Shown one piece after another: positions 51,901 to 64,000 of a stretch of DNA of 64,000 nt. Within the stretch, counting starts at the first letter, position 1; the number at the start of each line of letters is the position of its first letter. The notes below the pieces were generated by a model. The model had not been told where the DNA came from. It was given only the letters and a program-made list of their open reading frames with translations, and did no database searches. Source of the stretch: Camelus dromedarius (lineage: Eukaryota); contig NC_087447.1 of the NCBI RefSeq assembly GCF_036321535.1, positions 34,226,001 to 34,290,000 of the forward strand. The letters run 5' to 3'. The position numbers and the translations under genes were made by a program.

Positions 51901-54194
51901 CAAACCAGCCTTTCCCCTCATCTTTTTAAAGCCATTTTCCCATAGCGGAGGAGACTGGCAGTGATAATTTCAAACCAGATTTATGAAAACCCATAACTAG
52001 AAGATTAAAATTCCAAATGTCATCTGGATAAGATGGGCCAGATGCTTGGAGAACTGCAAAAGCCTAAGGCTCTCTGCACTGGCAGAGAAGTGGGAGCTGT
52101 CAAGGAGCTCACGTCAGAGGGTTTCACTGGCTGAGAAGGGCGTGCACTCCATCTAGGATGGAGAAGGAGAGCACATCTGAAGAAGACTGGCTATTGGAAT
52201 AGCCCAGGTGCAAGAGGCTTGGGCCAGGTGATGGTAGAGGAGACTGAAGGAAGTGAGGGAAAGCAATAGAAGACCAGGCACACTTTGGCACTGAATCAAA
52301 GCTTCCTGAATGAATAAATTATAACTTGGCTGGAATTTTACCTGATTTTGATTGGCTTCTCTAAATTTGACCATCATAAAAGTGAAACTGATCATACACC
52401 CAGCCACTGGTTCTAACTCAGACAGGCAACGAATGTCTTCGAATTTTACAACAATCAACTGCTGTTATATAAAGTGGGCAGAGACAAGCTCAAGGCAGCA
52501 CTTCCATCAGTAGTAAAGAAAAATGGCTCAAACCTGGGCCATCAGGAGCTCCCTGCCTGTCTTCCACTCCCCACCCCAACCTCGCCACCCCCACAACCCG
52601 AGCCCATTCTTACTGTGCAGTTTCAAAGTTAAGAGCCTAAAACCTCCCCAGAATGAACTGTAACTTCCAAGGAAGAATGTGGTCTGGCATTATGCTTCAG
52701 TAAACCCAGAAGGCATGCCGAGATAAGAGTATTAAAGGTACCGAATAATGAAGCCAGAAGTCCCGAATAAAGAGGAGATGCCCCAAAGGAAGACATAAAC
52801 CAGAACCCGCATCCAGGCAGAGGCTGAGTTCCAGAACTGCGGCAAGTTTGCCAAGAAGGCCTTCGCTTCCTAGCTTCCTCAAAGAGCAGCAGAGGGTGGC
52901 GGCATGGAGGAAGAGAGGTTTTTCTCCGTTCCTCTGGAAGCCTGATGCACATGCCAGACAGTTGGAATGTGGGTCACTGGTGCCCCTGGAAAACAGTTCT
53001 CGTTTGCAAGGAGTGCTCTCCCTTGCAACAGACCACAGTGTTGGACTTGGCACCCAGAGGGGGGCATGCTTTCCACCGATTAGGACCAACTCCTCCTGGC
53101 AGTGAGGGCTTTGATTTCCAGAAGAACTCATGAGGGAGAGCAGAGAGGCTAAGGGACTCATGAATGTCACTGGCATTAGGAGTTTCTAAAGCCTGTGACC
53201 TGGACCTAAATGTGTATTTGTTTGTTAGGTTCTCCCTTCAGTTTCTGAATGTAATCACCTCCCACTACCACCCAGGTATGTAAATCAGTCATGCGTGTAA
53301 AGAACAGGCACCCGCCATGCCCAGCGCAGCCCTTCCCTCCTGGGGGCCCAGCAGCGGGGCTACACAGAGACGGCAGAAGGAGGCGAACATCTGCAAAGCA
53401 TGTCTTAAGGGCTCAGCACCTCTTCTTGTGTATGTCCACTACACAGCCCCTCTAGAAATCCTCTGAGGTGAGACGGAATGACCATCTCTGTAGCAGAGGG
53501 GAGTAAATGAGGCTCAGAGCCACACAATCAGTGCACAGCAGAGCTGAAATCTAATGAGTCAACCCTAAGTTCCATGTGCTCTCCACATCTACCAGCCACC
53601 ACCCTCAGCCCAGCCACACGCTCCCGAGTTCCTGCCCCCTGGATGGCCATAACCTCGGGCTCCCACCCAACCACCCAGCTTGTCCCAAGCACTTACCTGG
53701 CTTAAGAAAGGCGACCAGGCACAGATGTGCTCACTTGTGGACTCTTTTTGAGGGAAGAACTCTACAGTACCCTAACTCTTGTCACCGTGGGTATTCACCA
53801 ACAGCAAGGGGATGGGGTCTCTCTCTTCTGCAGGTTAAGATGTATCTCTGAATAGCTCTCAGGCTCAACTCTTCCTGCCCAGCTCCGGGCCTGGAGAACT
53901 GACATGCCAGCGTCTGCTCCCCTGGGCTCCGCACTGGGGCAAGAAGGGAGCTTGGCGGGCTGGGCACGCTCCCAGGCTGCAACGGATTGGTCTGTGCAGG
54001 GTGCGGAGCTGGGCAGGAGGGCAAGGGGAGGAGTTCAGGACGTGGGTCCTTTGCCTTGGCCTCTTGTCACCTGGCAGCTGGTGAGGTGGTAATGGTTAAC
54101 CCAGGAAGGTGCTTTGTCCTTCTCTGGTGTAGTTGGTGTGAGTGATGTCACCCCTGGTAGGACTTATCTGCAACCAGGCCTGGCACGGTTCCGA

Positions 54195-54440
54195 GTGGTG
54201 AGTGGTTAAGGGTATAGACTTTTCAAGGCCACTGATCTGGGTTCAATAGTGTGGTTCCCCCTCTCACTAATGATGTGACTCAGGGTTAAGTTATTGTCTT
54301 CTGATACTTGGTTTCCTTTTGTATAAAATGGGGATAATGAAAGCATTTACGTCATAGGGCTACTGAGCAGCTTAAATGAGATAATGCGTGTGTAGGCACA
54401 GAACAGTGCTTGCCACCTGGTGAGAACTCAATAAATGTTT
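54195..54440 (+). mobile_element. MIR SINE (near full length)
   Basis: tggttaagggtatagactt...ctgggttcaa...tataaaatggggataatg...tcatagggc...taaatgagataatgc...ctcaataaatgtt. Confidence 0.85.
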
Positions 54441-54679
54441 AACTAATCAAAAAATACAAATAATACTCTTTTTAAGTCAGGCAGTCATCGGAACTGCAGT
54501 TCTTCCCTGGAAGCAGCAGCAGATCCAGCCCTGACAGTCCTCCCTTTGTAAACAGAAACAGAAAGGAACAACGTAAGCACCAGCCTGGTAGAAGACGCGG
54601 TGTCTGGCTGCCTCCCAAACATGCTCACAGGCACCTTTGGAGGCAATAAAAGATCTGGTCAGTCACTCATGACCTATTT

Positions 54680-55080
54680 ATAGGCAGGTCCCTCATATGT
54701 ATGACCTCTGATATATTCAAAAATCCTGCGAGGCCAGGCTTATTCCTACAGAGGAGGAATCTGAGGCTCAGAGACGTCAAATAACTTGCCCGGAGTCACA
54801 AAGCCAGGAAGCAGCAGATGGGATCACACAGTAATGAGAGCAACATTTACATCGTCCCTATGCTGTGCCAGGTATTATTCTGAGAACTTTACACATCCTA
54901 ATGCATTTAATCCTCAACACACCCCAGATGGGCAGGTATTATGATTAACTCTGCTTCACAGATGAGGATAACTGAGGCCCCAACAGGTTAAGCAAGATTA
55001 CACAGTGGACAGGTGGGCTAGAACAGGAAGTGAGGTAGGTTGGCTCCAGAGGCCTTGCTGTAACCATTGCCTTAACTACC
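54680..55080 (-). mobile_element. Two tandem MIR fragments
   Basis: Two cores: acagaggaggaatctgaggctcagaga and acagatgaggataactgaggccc. Confidence 0.75.
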
Positions 55081-56542
55081 TCTCAAAAAAAAAAAAAAAA
55101 GTCCTTGCTCTGCTCAAGGCACTATCTTGCCTCTAAAAAAAATGAAACCTCATGGGTGCTGAGGACAGTTTTCTAATGAGAGACAGCTGTGTTGGAATCA
55201 AAACTCCAATGGGCTGGAAGTTTGGAGATGTTGGGCTGTGACCTCAAGCAAATCACCCTCCCCCTCTGGATGTCACCAACACAGGTATACAGGATTGGTT
55301 TGGGCCAGGACTCTGCACTGAAATCCTACAGCTCTAACAGTGTATGCTTCTCTGAGATGGGCCTTCCTCCTTCCTGAGGAAGACCATGAAGTCCACGGAA
55401 CTGTGAGCTGAGCTTGCTGACAGGCCCTTCCCAAAGCAGCCAAAGCACGCCTAATGGAAGGAGATGGCATGTGGCCGGGAGCAGGAATGCTGCCCACTAG
55501 TGAGCATCTGAGCCTGGGAGATCCTGGGCAATTCACCAGGCCCTTGGTTTTTCCCCTTTGGCAAAGACAGGGAAATAACTTGCCTTAGAGGGTTGCTTTG
55601 AGGTCATAAAAATGGTCATAAAGCATTTTCCCAGATTCAAAGTCCGGGTTTGCAAAATGCTCTTGAACTCAGCCATGAGAAGAGTAATCAGAGAAGAAGT
55701 CGGGACTTTGCAGGATTCCCAGAAAGCAGTCTGAGAATGTAAAGAATCTTCATGACTTCTCCATGCTTCTTACAGCTGAGTCTGATCCAGAAAGAAGGGA
55801 GGGGGGAAGCCCCAATACTAAATCAAAGCAACTCAGAAGATATTCAAAACAGTACTATGCTGTTTAGCGTAATTATATGCTATCCAGTTCTCCAAAGTCT
55901 TCATCTCTCCCATCGGACAGTAAATTCTTAGAGGCTATGAAATCTATCTCTAATCATGACCTGTTGATTTACTAATTCATTTCCAAGATGAGACCCAAGT
56001 TCACTGCCCTGTACAGCAACCCACCTAAGCCTCTTCTCTTTTTCTAAGTGATTTGATTCAAGTCAACAAACATGTACTGAACATCTACTATGGGCCAGGC
56101 AGTGTGCCATTTGTACATTCCAGCTACTTCTAAAAACTACATAACAATAATGGCCGAAAATAGCAACAATGCCTTAGGCTTGGAACTTGCGGGGGTGGGG
56201 GGCGCTGATGGGAATCAAACCTTCCCTATAAAGATTCGAGAAGGTCAGAGGATGGCTTTGGAATTTCAACCACTTGCTTAAAGTCTGCTTATTTTAATCA
56301 TTATGTATTCATATAATATGTATTATATGAATTCTTACTACATAAGATTGAGTCATTCATCCATTCAACAATTATTCCTTGGACAGCTACTCTTTGTCAG
56401 GCAGTGTGCTAACAGTCCTGAGATGTTCAAAGAAAAAAACTAGTATATTACTTATTTTATTGGAAGTTGAATTCCAGAGGTCCACAGTTACCAATTTTAA
56501 ACTAGAGTAATGGCATCTCTCTTCCTCAAGGATAATAAGATT

Positions 56543-57620
56543 AATTCATTCATTTTGTCAACTCATATGGGGCATCTATCTTGTGCCTGGTAGTAGAGAT
56601 ATGTTTAAAAGCAGTCAAGCATGACTCTCGCCTTCATGGAGGCCAGCCGTCTAATTAAGGAGACAGCCAATTACTTACTGCAATAGATATGATGGAGGGG
56701 AAAAAAAAGACAAGGGACTGAGATTTTGAAAGGGGTACCTACATAAGATAAATGGGTCAGGGAAAGTCTCTATGAAGGATCTCCATTTAGATTGAGTCCT
56801 AAAGGATGAGAGAGAGACAATCAGGTAAAACGTAGGGAGAAGAGCATTCCAGGTCAAGGGAACCACAGGTGAACTCCCCTAGGTGGGAAAGACTTGGTGA
56901 GTTCAAGGCAGGACTGTGTGAGCAACCGAAAGAGGTACACATGAGAGATAAGAAGGTAGGCAAGGCACGTGGTGCAGGGTCTTTTAAGTCATGGTGACAA
57001 GCCTGGATTTTATTCTTTGTGCAAAGGGAAGCCACTGAAATGTACTTGAGGCACGAGAGTGAGGTGGTGTCATTTCTCTTTGGGCCCCACTCTGGTGCTG
57101 TATAGAGAGTGGGCTGGAAGCGTGCAACCGTGAAATTACAGAGACTAGTGAGGAGACTAGTTGCAGTTCTCTGAGAGAAAGATGATGGTGTGACATGAGA
57201 AAATGAGAAGCGGTCAGATTTTAGATCTGTCGGTGAGGTTCAAGCAGAAGTGCTTGCTATTAGAACGAAGGAGTGCAGGAAAGGCGGGCTCTAGGACGAT
57301 TGCTCAGGGAGCCACTAAGGAATGGTCAATGGAGGACCACTGACTGCTGTGGTTCTCAACCAGCCGTGACTTTGCTCCCTAGGGCACATCTGGAAATTTA
57401 TGGAGCTATTTTGACTGTCACAACGGGGGTCGCTACTAAATATTCTACCATAGGTAGAAGCCAGGGATGCTGCCAGTAAATTAAAATTAAATAATCATCC
57501 AGCCCCAAATGTAGACCGTGCCGAGGCTGAGGAAGCCTGATTTACAAAAGTGGGAAGAGTGAGGGAGGTAGTTCAAGGGGTTACTTAGCGCCACATCTGG
57601 GACGTATTAAATCGGAAAGA
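56543..57620 (-). mobile_element. L2 LINE 3' region interrupted by MER20
   Basis: Reversed L2 tail ttcattcatt, followed by ggtcagggaaagtctct, agcattccagg, ggattttattct...gggaagccactg and tcagattttagat. Confidence 0.8.
57347..57539. mobile_element. MER20-like hAT MITE
   Basis: gtggttctcaacc...ttttgactgtcacaacgggg...gtagaagccagggatgctgc...atccagccccaaatgt...gtgccgaggctgaggaagcctg. Confidence 0.85.
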
Positions 57621-60600
57621 TTCATGTTAAATTGTCCTTGGAACCACACTGCTCAGAAGAGAGAAAGTAGAAAGTGGGACTGGCAACCAGGCTCCCTTGA
57701 GGAGAGAGTGTGGGTCTTCTCTCTCTGAGCTCAAAGGACCCAGGAGTCCTATTCATGATCCTCTCTGCTGCTAGCTCAGTTATGAAGAAAGAAATGTCAG
57801 AAAATAGGAGACTCTTTAGTCTTGCCACTCACCCTTTTGGCAACCCTTCCTTTCTCCTGCCCAAAATTCTGCCTATTCTGCAAGCCCAGTGCCAAGACCT
57901 AGATTTTGGAGGCTTCGCTAAGGACCCTCATCCTTGCTGTGTCTGAGCTCACAGCACCTGCTGTGTACCGGCACCTCTCTACGTATGCCATCCTGCTACC
58001 ACATACGTATCTCCTTAAGATTCAACATCTCTCAGAGGAAAGGATTCCACCAATCTTCTAGATAGAGAAATCTGGGCTCCAACAACTAACCTTCCCAAGG
58101 CCACAATGATCTGGACCAAGTTCTTTCCATTTCCAAAATCAATGCACCATACAAGCTGCCTCCCTCTGGTCTCCTCAGCACTTAATCTACAGCCTCTGGA
58201 TGTTGACTAGGTCCTGCTTTGGACCACAGCTCTTGGGCACACTGTTGCCTGTGTGGTTGCCACATAGTTCGTGCTCAATAATTTGCAGAAGCGTGTCCCC
58301 CCCCGGGTTAGCCTGGCCTTCCCAGCTGGTCTGTTAAGAGCTTGACAGCAGGTAAGCACGCTGGGGAGGAACAGAAATGCCCCAATTTTCTGTCTTTTGA
58401 AGGAAGCACCACCAGTATTTCTGGCCTCCTTCTACACACCCACAGGAGATGCTGGTCTAATCTGACCTGGCAGAGCCAGTACTCTTACGGGGTGGGTGAG
58501 GTGACTCTTTAAAGGCAGGAGTCAGGCTCAACGTGGTCTCTTCTATTTCCAGGATGTAAGCGCCTCTGGCCCTCTTCCTCTCTCTGCTTAGTGTCTCCAC
58601 TGGGGAGTCTAGTTAGGTTCACCCTGTGGCCAATTCATGAGAGACAAGGCAGGAAGCCTTCCTTTAGACTCAGGCCTAAATCATGTTCTTCACCATTTGT
58701 CAGAGGCCTGGATTTGGGGAGTTAAAGGGGCATTCCAAAAAGGTGCTTACCTAGGTTAATAAAGGCCACCTGCCTTTGTCCCTAGGGAGAGGAGAGGGAT
58801 TAGGGTACAGCCTTGATCTATGTTGCATTCACATCCTTCTTGCATAATTTGGGCCACAGTTCAGATAATAAGTCAATAAAACTTGAAAAATGTTCTAAAT
58901 AATCTCCACCATGGCGCTACCAAACCAATCCATCATGTCCCGTTCCCCATTCTCTCCAACCAGCTCCTCCTCCTGACATCCTGATTTTACTCAGTGACAG
59001 TGTGACAGCCCAGCTTTCTCAGGATAAAAGCCTCAAAAATCTTTAAACTCCCCTTCTTCTGACAACCAGCTGGCTAGCCCTGCCAAGCTCACCCCAAACA
59101 GACTCCTACCCAAAGAATGCCTTTCCCAGGCCACTACCTTAGCTTTTGCTCACTTTATGTAGACAAACCCAACAAAACAGGAACGCTCGGAGGAAAGCCA
59201 TGACGTCACCATCATCTTTGCATTCCCAAGACCCGAACACAGCACCTGGGACATGCAAAATGTTCACAACCTGCAGCAGGAGACATCATCATTCCAGCTG
59301 ACAGTCTCGGGCCAGTGAAACTCAAAGAGGGACAGGCAGCATGAGCTGCAGCTTGTCTTCTAGCAAAGGTGACACCAAATATCAGAATTAGAAGGTCTTT
59401 ATCAGGCCCCACAGCCCTGGGCTCCCAGAGGACAGCTACACCCCACGTATACTACAGTTTGAATGAACCATGACTGCAATGAGCTAAGCCCCAGAATCCA
59501 TCAACTCCCAGCCTGGGACACACAGTAAAGGCCTGACATTACTGGGCCTCATGAGAACTTGAAGTCCCATTTAAAGGGCCTGGTGATTTGCTCCAGGTCT
59601 CAGGCCAGAACCCCCTCCTCTAACAAGGGTAGGTAAAAGTCTTACCTTTATGCATGTGTGTGCAAAGGAGGGTGGAGGGGAAGGAAGGGGAGATGGGGAA
59701 ATGATCACCCCCTGGGGAGGCGCAGTGGAGTTCCACATCCACACCCCTCATACCCCCGGGCCCCGCAGGCCTGGGGAGCCACCCGGGAGCCACCGCATTG
59801 GAAAACTCCTAGAATAACAGCCTCTCTCTTAGTCACCTGAAGCTGAAGCAGCTTCAGGACCCTGAAACACTCAGCCAACATTGAATTTGGAGTGGACCTC
59901 TACTGGGAGGGACCCAAACTGCACCCTGGACCAAGACTGATGGGGGACCCCCAGAGAGAACCCTGGAACCCCTGCCCAGCAACTGCTCGGATTCATTCCA
60001 GTTACAGCATTAACCTTACAGTAAACAACCCTACACTGGATGTGACTCAACACTGCATGATGATGAAAAACCAAAATGGTGACTTTAGAGTTGCTCCACT
60101 GATTGAACATGTATGTGTGCGAGGTGCTGGGCTGGTTCTGGGGAAGGCAAAGACGGAGACTCAACTGCAGGCGTCCAGCGGGCATCCGCAGAGAGTCCAG
60201 GAAAGCCAAAAGCAAGGCGAAGTCGTGGGAAAGGGGATTCTCTACCCACAACGGCTACTCTGGAGACATAATCAATAGGGCTTAGCAGCTGAACCATCTT
60301 GGAAACTGTACCATGTAATTGTCTCCATGAAGAAGTCTACAGCCGTACATTAATCTCCACATCCTTATAGTACAGAATGCTTCCAGGGACTAAGGATAAT
60401 GCACCAAACTCCAAATTCCTAATATTATCTGATTATATACATGCTTTTTCTTTTTTGATTAATTTGCTGTCCAAGAACTTTTCTCCTCCTTACCTGGTGT
60501 AAGGCAGATGTGCAGCCACCCTTTACCAAGTGACAAGCAACTTAAGAGGAAGAGAGGGCAGAGGGCATGCAGCATGTATTCAGGAAACACAAAGTAAAAC

Positions 60601-61644
60601 AAACCTAGTTGTCCCAAAGCTCTCCTGGGTTGGAAACCTATTTATTCAAATTCAAATTAAATTCAAAATTTAAACCAAAGTAGAGTTCAATCTGCAATAA
60701 GAACTAAACCAGAGAGGCAGTGAAAGAGCTTTTGAGGACTGAAAACTACCATGTCTATAGTTCCCCACTCCTCCCCACACAGCAGCCAGACATTACTCTG
60801 TGGAGGGAACATTTACTACTGCAGTTAGCACTTAAAAAAAAAGAAAAAGCCAACCGACGCAATAAACTCAGTTCATTTAATTTCAAAACATGAACTCATT
60901 GCTATCTCAGGAAATATCACCTTACACTTTAGATTAAATGTTAGCCCAAGTCTAGGAGGCATTCAAAAGTGAGAAAATAATATACTTTAGTTGGCTTCTC
61001 CAGGCTCAAGTTTCACTGAAACAGGTTTCATACAAAGATTAGCCAAGTACCAGGTAATGGGATATGGCAGGGTTACGTCATCTGAGGCCCATTTCCAAAG
61101 AAACATGGCTTTTCCAGGTGGAATTCTAACTGCTCTCTCTTCTCTTTTTGGGCTTTGTTGCACCAGTCTGTGGGACAAGTAATGGCAGATGTCTTAAAAC
61201 TGGTCACAAGCCATGAGGCCTTGGGCAGGTCCTTTCATTTCTCTGGGTCCCAAGTACCAGGTAATGGGATATGGCAGGGTTCCACAATGGTGGAAGCAGA
61301 TTGTTGTGGGGCCACTAGTCATGGGGCCTCCTCCTGAACTAACGTCCCAAGACTGTTAGCCCTGAGCTCCACTGTCCAACTCCTCCTGTGGCTGTCCCGG
61401 CACAAAGTCCCCTAACCGGCCTTTGAGTCCTGCATCCAAACACTGTGTGAATCTTAACACTCTATGAATAGGGATGGAAGCAACTACTTGGCAGATTGAG
61501 TCAGCTCATCTCCCAAGTCCACTGCTCAGCTACATTTCCAACCCTACCATTAATCCACCTGGCATATCCTCACCCCCTTCCCAGGCACAGTGAGAGATAC
61601 GAAAAAGAACAACCTGTGCCCTTGATCTGGTGATGATAACGGTA

Positions 61645-61860
61645 ATCAGTTTTTACTGACTGCTTACGAGGTGTCAGGTCCTGCCCTGAATACTTGACTT
61701 GCATCACCTCACTTAATTCTCACAAGATCCCTCTTAGGAATGCACAACATAGGAGGAAACTGAGGGGCAAAGAGGTTAAATGATCTGTCCAAGATCTTGC
61801 AACTAGAAGGTGGCAGAACCCAGGATTTAAACCAGGCCTGTCTGACATGACACTACATTT
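61645..61860 (-). mobile_element. MIR SINE
   Basis: tttactgactgcttac...ttaattctcacaa...gaggaaactgagg...ggtggcagaacccaggatttaaacc. Confidence 0.8.
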
Positions 61861-62206
61861 TAGCCCATCTCAGTATCTGGAATAACCCAGTATAAGCAGG
61901 AAGGCATCTCACCTTGCCCAGGACGGGACTGATTCACACCTGGGTCCCCGTGCAGTTATTCACAGCTCCCCTTTCACTCTCAGGAGTATCCCGGCTGGGA
62001 TAATAAATTATACAGTTGTCTATTTATAATGCCTCCCTGAGGGGTGATAATAATGATAATAATTACCACAACCATGTCACATTTGCAGTGAAGTCCCACT
62101 TCATCACTCTACAGTAAAGAGAGACCTCTCCCAGCCTCCCTATCCTTATTACTTTGCTGTATTTTTCTCCATAGCACCCATCAACATAAAAATATATATT
62201 TTGCTT

Positions 62207-62636
62207 AACAATGCCATTTGCAGCAACGTGGACGGACCTAGTGATTATCATACTAGGTGAAGTAAGTCAGACAGAGAAAGACAAATACCATATGATATTA
62301 CTTATATGTGGAATCTAAAGAAATGACACAAATGAACTTATTTACAAAACAGAAACAGACTCACAGACACAGAAAATAAATTTAGGATTACCAAAGAGGG
62401 AAGGAGTCGGGGAGGGATAACTCAGGAGTCTGGGATTAGCAGATACTAACTACCATATATAAAACAGATAAACAATAAGGTCCTACTGTAGAGCACAGAG
62501 ACCTACATGCAATACCCTGTAATAACCTATAATGAAAAAGATTTTGAAAAAGAATACATATAGTATAACTGAGTCACTATGCTGTACACCAGAAACTAAT
62601 GCTACATTGTAAATCCACTGTAGTTCAATTTAAAAA

Positions 62637-62637
<1 letters not shown>
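62207..62637 (+). mobile_element. 5'-truncated cetartiodactyl-type L1 (ORF2 end + 3' UTR) splitting an L2 3' end
   Basis: 62211-62318 translates as MPFAATWTDLVIIILGEVSQTEKDKYHMILLICGI*, the ORF2 C-terminus. L2 tail sequence lies on both sides (about 62115-62206 and 62690-62822). Confidence 0.92.

Positions 62638-62640
<3 letters not shown>

Positions 62641-62686
<46 letters not shown>
62641..62686. repeat. (AT)23 microsatellite
   Basis: Perfect run directly after the L1 A-tail. Confidence 0.98.
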
Positions 62687-62688
<2 letters not shown>

Positions 62689-64000
62689 CACACTTTGCTT
62701 ATCATCTGTTTCCTCCACTAAAATATAAGCTCCATGCAGGCAAAAATGGCTTTCTGTTTACTAGTGCATCCCCCGATTTGGAGGAGATGTTTGATAAATG
62801 TTTATTGAATAAATGAATGCATCACTATTGTTGGAACAATAGCTAACATTTATTGAGCACTTACTATGTGCTCAGTGCTGCTCGAAATCCATATATTTTA
62901 TCAAACACCCCCAGGTTTGAAACGGTTATCCTCATCATTTTATAGATGAAGAAACGGAGCCTCAAAGAGATGAAGTACTACTGTTCAAGGGCACACAGAC
63001 TATTGGTGGCAGAGCTGGGAGGGAACTGAGGCTGATCATCTACACCCCCAACCACCACTCTAAGTCTGGTAGCAGAGACACGGCATACACACAAGCAGCG
63101 TAAGAATTCAGGGGAGTACGGGGTCAAAAGCGGGTTAGCACTACAGCCTGCCAGAGATGCCTGAAGAGGGTATGGTCAGATAGGGCTTCTTAGAAGAAAG
63201 GAGACTTGCTGTGAGCTTTGGAAGATGGGATAGTACATGGGCAGATGGAAGAAGCACTTAGTCTGAGGAAGCAGTGAAAGCGGAAAAATCACAGAGCTGA
63301 CCATACTAATAAGAACAAACAGCTTCTATCTGGAAGCCCTGCACAGTAAAATTTAAAACACTGCTGTCATCTGGAGGGCCCTGAATGCCGTGGAGGAGCG
63401 AGTTTCACTCGAGGAGCGAGCTTCATTCGTTAGTAAGAAGGATCTCACAAGAGGTTTCCTACCAGGAAAGTGACGTAGTGGGCAGTCTATATCCTGAAAC
63501 TTCACATCAGTAACAAGGCCAGAGAAGCTGGCAGGAGTCATAAGTGGGGACTAAGATTCCCCTGGACCCTCTACAGATACACACCCTCTTAAGCCCAGGG
63601 CACAGACTTGAGCTGACAAATCCCTGTTTAAAGCACCTTCCTTCCCATAGATTTGTTTGTGTTTCAGGTCCTATCATGCTCCCTGTGAGCACAAGCCCTT
63701 TTCTCACTACGGCAGAGATAACATGTAACACTGGCTAATCCTTGTCCCACACCACAGAGTTATGTATGGAAGTAATTAGTATCTGTGGTGGGAAGGACCA
63801 TTCTCTCCTACCTCCCAGCCATCCCAAACATCTCCATCACACTTTATTACCCTGTTTAAATAACATCTGTCAACTCATTTCAACCCCTTGCCTCTTTTCA
63901 CGGCCTCGCCACCTCCCTGGCTGCTGCTCCTATAACATCATAGCCAGCACTTCTGCAACATCTGAGTCAAAAGGAACAATGCTTGGAATAGCTCCTGTGT

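Larger units (their letters stand above)
20370..64000 (-). other. NAV2: NAV2 large upstream intron (5' end outside the window)
   Basis: The exon at 20369 starts at an acceptor without a start codon. I recognised no upstream NAV2 exon or CpG-island promoter. Non-coding alternative first exons cannot be excluded. Confidence 0.75.

Noticed and set aside
59871..60297. Overlapping antiparallel ORFs of 126-128 aa
   Set aside because: No recognisable domain or gene structure. ORFs of this length with alternative starts are expected by chance.
1..64000. Prokaryotic-style systems (CRISPR array, operon, IS element) or a CpG-island promoter
   Set aside because: The DNA is CpG-depleted mammalian intron. 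I saw no repeat-spacer array, long ORF or CpG island.

Overview
Mammalian genomic DNA, most likely a camelid. This is inferred from two tRNA-Ala-derived Vic-1-like SINEs and cetartiodactyl-type L1 3' ends; I saw no Alu, Bov-A/BovB, PRE-1 or CanSINE. The window appears to lie entirely inside the neuron navigator 2 (NAV2) gene on the minus strand. Only two coding exons are supported: 20252-20369 (118 bp) and 13046-13098 (53 bp). They splice in frame to give part of the calponin-homology domain (IYTDWANHYLAKSGHKRLIKDLQQDVTDGVLLAQIIQVV-ANEKIEDINGCPKNRSQM). The rest is intron rich in old repeats (MIR, L2, L1, MLT1, hAT and mariner MITEs) and microsatellites. Nearly all ORFs in the supplied track look like noise. 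I found no convincing new biological system. The most unusual observations are an ~840-bp composite foreign segment inside a MER63-like transposon, a TSD-flanked ~180-bp retrocopy-like insert inside an L1 inside an older L1, a perfect 32-bp dispersed direct repeat, a triple nuclear-receptor half-site cluster and co-oriented CTCF-like motifs. Repeat family names come from recognising consensus sequences by eye; they need RepeatMasker/Dfam confirmation and their boundaries are approximate.
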